Below, in pieces: positions 14,087-24,645 of a stretch of DNA of 64,000 nucleotides. The notes under the pieces are model-generated. The model was not told the origin of the DNA. It worked only from the letters and a program-made list of their open reading frames with translations, and searched no databases. This DNA comes from Felis catus. Taxonomy: Eukaryota. Made by a program: the position numbers and the translations under genes. Every line of letters starts with the position of its first letter. The first letter of the stretch is position 1. Where the stretch lies: NCBI RefSeq assembly GCF_018350175.1, contig NC_058368.1:181166001-181230000 (forward strand), given 5' to 3'.

Positions 14087-14500
14087 CTCTAGCTCGCCCC
14101 AATCCTCACCACCGGTCTCCAATTACACCGCTAAATCCACCCCCCTGCCTTTTTTTTTTCTCCCTTTCTTTCTTTCTTTTCTTTCTTTTCTTTTCTTTTT
14201 TTTTTTTTCCTTTTCCCTAGCAAGAAAATGCTTATTGAAAGTGATTAGTTTTTGTTGTCCCTTTTAAGTCCCTCCTGCGGGAAGGAACAGGGGAGCAATG
14301 TGACGCCACCTTTTAATCTTTTGTAAGAGTGAAAAGGCAGAAAAGGAACGCTCGATCAAACTGAGCTGCACACATGACTAAAACTCGCAGGAGAGGCTGC
14401 CGCTGCCTGGCGGAAGCACCGCTAGGCTTGAGTGTAAGAACAGAGAAGAGGAGAGAGTCAATGGAATGTGACAACGTATGTGCATCAAAGGCAGGAGGAG
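14087..14500 (-). other. TENM2: Putative 5' UTR portion of the alternative first exon (TSS not determinable)
   Basis: Repeat-free, locally CpG-retaining sequence contiguous with the coding exon and running into a CT-rich (minus-strand) tract. The upstream boundary is a guess. Confidence 0.5.
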
Positions 14501-14800
14501 AGAGAGAACAATGAACGAGGGAAAAGCCAGTGAGGAGAGAGGGAGAGAGGGAGAGAGGGAAAGAAGGCAGAGAGAGGGAGAGAAGGAGAAAGACACACAC
14601 AGAGAAAGAGACAGACAGAGAGAGGGAGCGAACACGGAGAAAAGACAGAGCGGGTTTCAGGCAAAGGATTCTGAGAATAAAGCCACAGTGCAGTGTCTGG
14701 CGGCTTCTGTTTTTATCTCAGCGAGCATGATACCCTGCCTCTCTCATTTAGAAACACATTCGTGTATCCTCCAGGTTTGAAAACTGAGATAATCGCAATG
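14270..14800 (-). promoter_or_regulatory. Internal (alternative) promoter region
   Basis: Local CpG enrichment relative to flanks, CRE-like TGACGCCA (14301-14308), ETS-like CGGAAG (14411-14416) and a long GA/CT tract (~14440-14650), all directly upstream of a donor-terminated first exon. Confidence 0.55.
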
Positions 14801-16696
14801 TGTCTCTGGTTTTGTCTGATTGGTATTTAACTGTGCGGTGTACCTGTGATTTTTAGGATGCATTTATGTGCAATTTATTTCACATATTTATTTATGTAGT
14901 CAAAAATGAAAGCTGCTAATTTCTATGGCAATTTGCAACGTAGTTTTACTGGCAGATGGAACTCTACTTATCATAACTGCTGACAAACTGCCATGGGTAA
15001 ACAAAAGAAGAAACAAATGCTTCGTCTTGATAATTGTCTTTAAAAGAAAAAGCCCACACCAAAAATATTAGCACTTGCAAAAGCTATGTTGCCTGGTTAA
15101 AGTTTGAAAGGTGGTTTCTCTCTATTAGTTTTATTAATAAAGGCAAAATAGAAGGGAGGGCGAGATGTTTGAAGGAAAGGTGTTGGAAAAGAGGCTATTA
15201 GGAAAGTGAAAGCCTAAATTCTTTCTGGTTTCCCTCCAAATGTGACAACAGGCTTGCCTTCTTGAGTCCTGGAACAGAGTTTTCGAGTCACTATTTCCAT
15301 AGACTTTTACTGCGTCCTTCTGCCTTCCCGTACCATTTTAAAGTAGGTTCCATTTTAAAAATAAAGTCGAAAAGAAATGATTTCCTACATCAAATTGTTT
15401 CAAATGGTGTTTCACCAGCTTTGTTCCATTTCTACTCGTCATCTGCCACATGGGGGCTAGGATTACACAGTTAAATTCCCTAAGTGACCTCTTTTATAAG
15501 GATGTAAATTACGGATTCCAAGGTCAAGTGTTTGGTGTAAGTTATTGGTGAAAATAACTGCTTGCTTTCCATAGTAACCTGAGCTAGCGTGGTAGTAAGC
15601 CAGCAGGAAGAGGAAACACCCAAGCTTTTGACTGACCAGATTTTTGAAATTAAGCAATTCTAATAATGGAAAATAAATCCCCTGTGTCCTACTTATAACA
15701 GTTATTATTTTGGAAAAACTAAAAATAAAAACCCACTCAGTCATTTCACTTCAACTGTTGTGTATCCCACCAGCATACCCAAGGACTCTAGGCTACTCAT
15801 ATTTTGAAGATCCTGTGTAAGCCACCAGATACAGAGAGAGAGCTGGTCCAGGAAAAAGGCCTTTCTCCACCCCTGCCACGGTGTTGTATCAAAAGAGGGA
15901 CTGCTTGATCTTATTAAACTCGAAGTGTTATAGTTTTTGTGGTTTGCCAATCGGAGGGTATGTTTTTAGCTTGGGCCCAAATACAGAAGTAACAATCCCC
16001 CCCCCCCCTCCCTGCAATGCGATCAAGATGAAGCCCTACTTATCATTAAGGCAGAGCAGAGAATGGAGAACACACAGGGGCTGAACAGAAGGCAGCTGGC
16101 CAGAGAACAGAGAATGCTCAGATGTAACAGGGAAAGAAAGCTGCAGGGCCAGCGAGTCACTAGGGAAGTGGTGCCCTGGTAAATCCAAAATTCTCTGCAG
16201 ACATTGCACAGTGTATTGGAAGCAGCCTCCTTTAAATGACATTATTGATACAGGTTCTATAGTTAAAATTAACTTTATACAAGGGAGTAAGCAGACTGAG
16301 AATTTTCTGCCAATAAAAATAAAGACTGTTACAGGAATACAACTATTTCAGTGCAATAAAAGCAGGGAGGGGGCCCCCGGCTTATCGAATAGGATCAGAA
16401 AGACGTAGTCAAGGAAAGGTAAAAACAAATCAAGGTGACGAAAAGATTTTTTTAAAGCTATAAATGGCTGTCAGTGTTGTTTATTTTTACCATTTCCTTG
16501 GTGAGGAGGTAGGTATCCTGAGGAGACATCACTTGCAGTTGGATATAGGTAATGTATTCTTAAGATATCTTGAGTTAAGGGGGCTATACAGGGTGCCAAA
16601 GGTGGCCCAAATCATGTTATTATTTCTTAATAGAATATGACTTTTTACAAGACATCTCCCCATGGGACAGCTTTATGCTCATGTGTTTACACTGTG

Positions 16697-16943
16697 AGTA
16701 TATAGTGGTTAAGTGCTCAGTTTTTGGAACCAGGTTGCCTGGGATTGAATCCCAGTTCCACCACCTGCTTGCTGTGTGACCTTGACCAAGTTATTTTGCC
16801 TTTCTGTGGCTGTTTTATCTTAAAATGGGTGTAATGATGATACCTGCTTCATGGGGCTGTCACTGGGAATAAATAATACATGTGCTGTTTTGAGTTCTGT
16901 TCCTATCACATAGCAAGTGCTTCATAAATGTTACCTCCTATTA
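16697..16943 (+). mobile_element. MIR SINE
   Basis: Core GAATCCCAGTTCCACCAC..GCTGTGTGACCTTGACCAAGTTA and 3' end AAGTGCTTCATAAATGTTA. Confidence 0.85.
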
Positions 16944-16968
16944 GGAAATCCTCCTAAGATATTTTTTT

Positions 16969-16985
16969 AAGTTTCTTTATTTATT

Positions 16986-17040
<55 letters not shown>

Positions 17041-17207
17041 CCTGAGCAGGGGAGGGGCAGAGACAGAAGGAGGGAGAGAGAATCCCAAGAAGGTTCCACA
17101 CTGCCAGCGCAGAACCAAAAGCGGGGCTCAAACCCACAAACTGTGAATTCATGACCTGAACCAAAACCAAGAATCGGGCGCTTAAATCACTGAGCCACCC
17201 AGGCGCT
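16969..17207 (-). mobile_element. Can-SINE with long (GA)n at 16988-17037
   Basis: Ends CTGAGCCACCCAGGCGCT; degenerate TSD CT(A/G)AGAT..TTTT. Confidence 0.93.
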
Positions 17208-18704
17208 CTGAGATTTTTTTAATAGCTAAAATAGATGATATTGTAGCACCTCAAAATAGCCAACTCTTGAAGACTTCTTCCCACTCGGACCTTCCTTATA
17301 AGTTCTAGTTGATCAAACTGCTTCTGGGTCTTTCCACTTGGATAATACACTTAAAACTCAACAAATTCTATAACCAAAGTCATGATCCCACTTCTCAAAG
17401 CAAGCTGTAGTTCTCCCAGTTTACTCACCTGTGTCAAGTGTATTATACATTTGTATACATTTGTACACATACAAATGTATACATTTTAGAGTCACCCAGA
17501 GCTCCTTTCTTTCCATTCTTTCTCATCATTCAATTATCAATAACTATCAAATAGCACCACACCCAACTCCTGTGTCTTAGAGTTATTATTTCATTTCCAG
17601 ACTTCTAGTACATTTTCAATCTGGGTACTTTGGTCTGGACTATGGTAATAACCTTATAATGTAGCACTTCCCCATGCTTTTCTCTCCTGCAATACATGAA
17701 GGGTGGTGAAACACAGTACGCCCTCCCCTGCAGACACTTCTAAGGTCCTGCCAAAGACCAAACTAAATTGTTACACCAGTGCCTTTCCCCTTCTCAAGAA
17801 AGCACTTGGAATCTAAGCGAAAGAAGGCGACATTATTCTAGGGATGACCTTGAATCTGCTCTAATGGATAAAACAGCTAATCTTTGGCTAACCAATTCTT
17901 TACTATTAGTAGTTTATTAGTTGTGATGCTTCTCAGAACTGTCATGACACAGCTATTGAAAACAACCATTTTAAGAGGTTTTTCTTTTATTCTCCCGATT
18001 CATCCTTCACAAGCCAGAATAACCTTCTTAAAATGCCACTCTGAATGACATCCATTCCCAATAGTTATTGATTGGTCAATTGAAAGTCTGTTTTATTTCA
18101 TTATCTTAGGAATCAGCTTAAAAACCATCAAAGGTTAAAAAAATGATAGTGAAAGCCATTATCATCTGAAGAAACAAAGAGTGTGCAGGAAAAAAATTGT
18201 AGGAAAAACAATTAAGGAGGTGTGTCGGGCTGATAATAAAATGATCATATTACTTGTTGGCGATTGTAGTATTAATTACTGGCCTCTTAAAATATGTAAT
18301 TTATATCTTTTCTCATTTTAAATACATATTATTTACAAGAAAAAGATGGCCAAAGTTTCACAATTCTTTAGAGGACAAAGTAGAGATTTTTTTTCCCCTC
18401 ATATTCAATTACCTCTGCGGTTTGACACCAACCTATCTGTGTAAACATTCATTGTATCACCTCTTCACAGAAGCATTACGCTCCCTCAGCCTGACCATAC
18501 ACATCCTTTCCAGAGCCTCAGGCACATTCCTTGTTCTGTTTAGAATATTCTCTTCTCTTTGATCAGAACACATTTAACTCTTTATCCATCTCTTTATCCA
18601 GAACAAGGACAAGTTCCACGTCCAACACAAAGACTTTCTTGGCCTTCTGAAATTTACAGTGATGAAATTGTTTTAATCATAGTAGCTACTTAAATACTTC
18701 AGGA

Positions 18705-18930
18705 AAGGTTGTATGTACAAGTGGGAGCTTGGCTTTGAGTTGTTCCTAGACTGAACTCCTGACCCTGAGATTTGCTTCCTGATTGTGGGACATCTATCAA
18801 ATCCCTCCCCTTGTTCAATTTCTCTCTTCTCATCTGAAAAATATTGTGATGACTTAATTAACTAATAAATGTAAATCCATTAGCATAATAACTAGTATAC
18901 AGCCAGCACCTATACAATAAAGAATATTTA
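18705..18930 (+). mobile_element. Degenerate MIR
   Basis: TTTCTCATCTGAAAAAT core and MIR-like 3' end. Confidence 0.5.
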
Positions 18931-20164
18931 ATAATAAGTGCTTATTAAATGACAAAGATGTATCCATTGCCTATAATTTCTAAACCTCATGACAACCCAC
19001 CAAATGGCTGCTACTAGAACCAATTTACAGAAGAAGAAATTGAGGTTCCACAAAATTAACTACCCAATGTCATGCAAGGAACAAATGGCAAAGCCAACAT
19101 TTAAACCTTTGTCTTTCAACCTTTTAGGTATTTTTATCCACATGATCATTGACAATTTAGCTTATACTGTATTTGGTTTATTATCTGGGTTTTCAAGTTT
19201 TGTACCCTATTTTTTCCAATTAGATTATAGACTATGTGAAGGCAATACTCATGTTTAAAACCATCTCTGCATCTTTAGTATCTCCCATAAATGTTAAACA
19301 AAGTAGCTTGCCTAGTCAGTAAATGTTTGTTGACTGCTTGATCATCTGTGCTCATGGGGATTCAAGTTTTTAACCATATTTAAATTCAGCTACACTGTTG
19401 TTTGAGGAAATGGCTTCATCATCCTTTCTATGAAAAAATTCATAATTATACCAAATAATAGAAAAGATAAACATTACATATGAATGAAGCATGCAGATAA
19501 ACATTACACATGGATGAGGCATGCAGATAGAAATGAATGACGTCCTCCACAGAAAAAGCTGTAAGAAAGTGATACTCATCAATTTGATTTGGTTCCTCAT
19601 ACTTGGCATTTATATTCTGCTTGAGGATAGGCCCCTCAGGCCACCCATTCCATGCATGGAAAAGTGTAGGTTATTAGCTGAAAGTCATCTATTTAAGGTT
19701 ACACAGAAAAGCAGAAATAACCACTCAAATACTCAAGGTGTTCAGTCACCCTTAATTCTTTCTTTTTAAATAAATGCAACAATTATATTCTCATTTGTTT
19801 TCCTCCTAGCTAAGCCTACACAATGCTAAGGCAACTTGGAATAGCATAAAATATTCAGCCAACCAATATCACGTTTTTTGATGTACATAGTGATAAGCAA
19901 TGTTACTGAATATTTAACATGTTGAATGTGTTTATTAATAGAGATATATACATACATAAAAGATATGTATGCATGTATATGTGTGCCCATGCACACATAT
20001 GCATGCACACTTATTTTTTTGATCTCTGCCTGTCTGTACACAGTGAAAAGAAAGAACTAAGAAATGTCCTGTGTGCCACATATAGGATAATCAATGGGAT
20101 AAAATGCTTATTGTCTTGTATCAGTCTTTTGATATTCACATAAACTTCATATAGTCAGATATGT

Positions 20165-20255
20165 TGTTTTTCACTATTATATTCCTTGGACCTAGAGCAG
20201 TGCCTAGCATACAGTGGGTGCTTAGTAGATATTTATTTGATAAGGAATGAGTGAA
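20165..20255 (+). mobile_element. L2 3' end
   Basis: CCTAGAGCAGTGCCTAGCATACAGTGGGTGCTTAGTAGATATTT..GAATGAGTGAA. Confidence 0.7.
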
Positions 20256-22825
20256 GTCACCGCCTGATTTTGCCTAATCCATTTCTAGCAATTTTTTTTA
20301 TTCCCACCCAACTGGTTTATATATATCCAAATATATTTTGTATTTTGCTATCTCCATCTGTTATTTCCCATGCAATTTGTTTTGTTAAATGTATGCTACC
20401 CTTTGTTCAATATAAAAATTCCTCATCTTCAAAGAATCCTTTCTAAATTATATTAGCTCATAGTAAATGCTCTTTTCTTCAATTTCAAAAGAACCCATTG
20501 CCTGGGACATTTTATTACATACAATTTTCCAAATTAATCTCGCCCTCCCTTTGGATATCTCATACTGTTGGTGAACTGTTATTCTTCTAATATCTATAGG
20601 TCACTCTTATTTCATCACATAGACTTTAAGTTTCCTGAAGGTTATAGGAACTGTCTTTACTTTTTTAAAAAATATAATATATATTGGTATTTCTTTGAGT
20701 ACTATCTTGTACATTGAGTGCATGCATGCGTGTGTGTGTGCATGTGTGTGTGGTGTTTGTATTGAAAGTATTCATAGGTATAAAATTCTATCATTCAGAA
20801 ATTATGTGAAAGAGCTTATAACAGTCTCTGGCCTTAAGAAAACTGTTGTTAGATCACTGCTAGAGTAGTGACAAAAATGCATAATTTTTTTTTTACCTTT
20901 TCCACCCCTTAATGGTATGAAAGGCTATTCATTATTTACTTGAGCACATGTTCAAAGTCAACCAGTGTTCAAATTAGTGTCAAAATTAACTCCTTCCAAC
21001 AAAATGAGATTCTCACAATAGGAAGAATTAGCGACTGTCTTTTGGAAGGATACCATTTTTCCTCAATCACTTATACATTAGTTTGAAGTCAGCTTATGTT
21101 CACCCATCAACAACTAATCCTTAGAGAGGTTTCTTAACTCCATAGGGTCTCACCAATGGGGTCATTCCAAGCTAAATTATACACTCATCTATTATGGGAG
21201 ATTTGTCCTTCCTTGGGGAGTTATGATGGGAAAGAACACTGTGGAAGACCCTTAACTCTCATAAGCCTTAATTCTTGAACAAAAGGAGCTTTCTTAAGGA
21301 AGATTTTTCACCCTCATAGTGTTTCTATCTGCATTCACTGGGGATTCAATCTTTGAATAGTCCATAAATTGCTGTTTTTCAGAAAGAAAAAAAAAAGACA
21401 TAACCCCTAACATTTCAAAAGTCCTTAATGTATCCTTCTTGTAAAGAGATAATTCAGGTTCATTTTCATATCTGTTTTCAAAATTGCAGTGAGTATATAA
21501 TATGATAAAAGGTTTGTGATATAGTTTTCTGAAATTAGTTTATTGAATATTATAATTATATCATATCTTATTTAGCCAATTAAAACAAATTATTTTGCTT
21601 ATAAAATTGCTTACATTAATTACCATGTTCTGGCATTTTGGATTTTGTCTGCTGAACAGAAGTCATCTTGTCTGTTTTCCATTTCTCTTTTGTGGAGTGA
21701 TTTGAACACTCCCCCCACCCCCCACTTAAGTGAAAACCAAAGTAGCAGCCACATAATCATAAAATAAAAATGGGAAGAAAATCAAAAGGGAACCTCAAAC
21801 CTCTGCTTCCCATGGTAGACCGAATAGAGTTGGCCTCAATGAAACTCTAAGTAAGAATTCACGTTCCTCTCCATTGAGTTGAATACAGGCTTTGGTGGAC
21901 TATTTGGTTCTTGTTCCTGATGTTTTTCAATACGGAACATTTGAAAGCATCCAACCAGAAGTTGCACGATGATCACAGCCTTGAACGTATTCATCAGAAA
22001 AACACTTTCACTCTTGCAGGCTTTCTTTTCGTAGTAGCCAGTGTACTGCAGTGTTTGCCGGTTTTTCCAATACTCTTACCCATGACAATCACAAAAGCAA
22101 TTCACAACCTTACTTATCAGATAGTTCTGTTTTACAATAATCTGGTTGCTATTTGTAAAATCCAGGATAAAACAGTGCAATTTCTGATGCTGAATATCTG
22201 AAAAGCTCTGGAAGCTGCTAGGAAGAGATATGCACTAAAATATGTAATTCGATGGACTTACAACACACATTCTGGAGGGTGCACACTTAAGTGTGTCTCA
22301 GAGTGTGTGACACCTAATGTGCCACTTTCAAGATTTGCAAGCAAACTCTGCATATAAACTGTCCCCTTCCTCTCAAAGTCTTTCTTAGCTCCAAATTTAA
22401 CTCTTTTCATTAAAAAAAGGTAGAACTCTCCCCAAAAGAATGATCAATCCAAAAGACAATTGCCATTGAATAACAGTTTCCAGAATGAAATGAAAGTAGG
22501 GATCTCCATTAAATGGTTTATTTTATGTACTGGTTCCTAAATCTCTAGATTCTCCCTGAAAACAACAACATATTTCTGACGAGAATTTAACTAACACAAA
22601 AAAGTGTTGATTTTAACAGCTGACAAATCCCCTCTAATAAGGGGCTTAAAAGAAATTCAACACAAACAAACAAACCACTTTCCAGTGATTAGGCTATGCA
22701 GATGTCAAAGAACACTGTGTCATATACTCCATGGAAGAACACAGATGACAGTTAAATCTTTTAAGGTGGAGTTTTCATGACTATGTGTTGGTGTGAGACA
22801 GCAATGGGAACAGCGTGCACCACTG

Positions 22826-22965
22826 AGAGGCAGTGTAATGCAATAGAAAGAGTTATGTATTTCAATCCCAGATCTGTCACCATCTCAGTATGTGACCTTA
22901 GCCAAATCATTTAACCACTGTCTGCCTCTACTTTTCCATCCATTAAATGGGACTAATACCTCCCA
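22826..22965 (+). mobile_element. MIR fragment
   Basis: TTCAATCCCAGATCTGTCAC..TGTGACCTTAGCCAAATCATTTAACC. Confidence 0.7.
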
Positions 22966-23519
22966 GTTTCCAATAATAAGATTACTAAAAATCATTAGCA
23001 TACTGATAAAGACAGAGTATTCTGCATACTTTCCTTATGCATTCAAGTTCTACTAAAGCTAAATCTACTCCAAGGGAACAAGGAATTGCATTCTTGAAGC
23101 TGAATGCTTTTCTTGAGGCTGCTGGAGCAACAACTAATAGACTGAGGCAATAAACCACTCAATAATCCTGCATCGGCTGAAAGAATTAATGCAGTTCACC
23201 TCTGCTGCTGTGAGTGCAGTACCATGAATTCAGAGGATGCTCAATAAATATTAGCTGATGATGATATTGACAGGGTGCCGTGTACAGTTACAGCACTAAG
23301 TGAATTACTAAATTTAAAATTGTTCAGAAAACTCATTGAATAATTATTAGCAATAAAAAATCCTATCCCTGCCCTCATTTACTTTATTGTGATGTCATCT
23401 TATGCATAATAAGAACATCACCAATCCCTGGAACCTTAATAGCCTTATCCTAGTGATTTAGGAGAATAAAAATAAGGTTATCCTTCAAACTATATTCGGA
23501 ATCTTAAAACTTCCAATGT

Positions 23520-24645
23520 TATCACTCTGGCGCTATCCATTATCATTTATTTTCTGGATTATTGTAGAGCTTCCTAATTGCGCTCTGTGATTTCCGCTTT
23601 TGGCCTCTGGGGCTGATCACTACACTAAGAACTTCTAATGTGTCCTACCTTTGTGTGTCCATATCCTTATGCAGTCCTCTCCCACAATGACTTTGGTATT
23701 GCCCTTATGACTGGCTTTGGCCAATGGGACATGAGCAAACACCATACAAATAAAGGCATGAGAAGCACTTGTGAATTGGGACCTGCCTTGTTGGAACAGT
23801 GCCACCCCCATAAAAGAAAGCCTTGTCTGGCCTCCAGGAGGAGAAAAGACTACGAGAGAGAGAGAGGCCCAATCATTTCCTCATGTCCAGCCCCCACCTG
23901 AACTAGCAGCTGGATTTAACTATGTAAGTGAACTCAGGCAAGCCCAGCATAAGAACTGCCCAGAAAACATGCTGAAGTTTGAGAAATAATACACTTGTTT
24001 CAAGCCACCAAGGTTTGGTCTAATTTGTTATCTAGTAATAAATAACTGATACAGCCATTTACTGATTATTCTCAGTTCTGCAATCAGGGTGATTCTTTTT
24101 ATAACATAAACCAGATAGATAATTTCATTCCTCTGCTCAAAACCCTCCAAGAGCTCCTTCTCTTCCCCAGGATTAAAGCCAAAGTCTTTCCAATGTTCTA
24201 AATATCTGACATGCTTTGTCTTCCCCACAGTTTACAAGATCTCAAATCGTACTTATTTCTCCCTCATTTTCTTCCCATCAGCTGTGGCATGCCTCTGCCT
24301 AGAATGTTCTTCCTTGTGAACATGGGTTACTCTCTTGCCTATCCTGACTATTTTCTACATCATTTCTTTTTTCAAGGATGCTTAATCTGATCACCCTATT
24401 TACACCGCATTACTCTGTCATCCCAAGATCTCCATTCCCCTTTCAGTTCTTTCTTGAATTCACTTAATGCTAATAAATCACTATAGAGTTTGCTTATTTT
24501 GGTTATCACCTGATTCTTTCATCAGAATATAAGCTCCAAGAGGGCAGGGAGTTGTCTCTGATTCATGGTGGATTCCCAGCACGTAGAAGCATGCCTGGTA
24601 TGCAGAATTGATTAATTAATTGTTTGCTAAATTACAAAATAAATC
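23520..24645 (+). mobile_element. L2 relic interrupted by an MLT1 LTR
   Basis: L2 motifs on both sides of the LTR (CCTCTGCTCAAAACCCTCCAA; AAGCTCCAAGAGGGCAGGGA..GCCTGGTATGCAG). Confidence 0.7.
23608..24053 (+). mobile_element. MaLR solo LTR (MLT1G/H/I-like)
   Basis: TGACTGGCTTTGGCCAATGGGACA, AAGAACTGCCCAG, and terminal TTTCAAGCCACCAAGGTTTGG..TAACTGATACA. Confidence 0.85.

Noticed and set aside
14097..14146. G-quadruplex just upstream of the ATG on the minus strand
   Set aside because: Only two runs of three or more G; the rest are GG with long loops, so support is weak.
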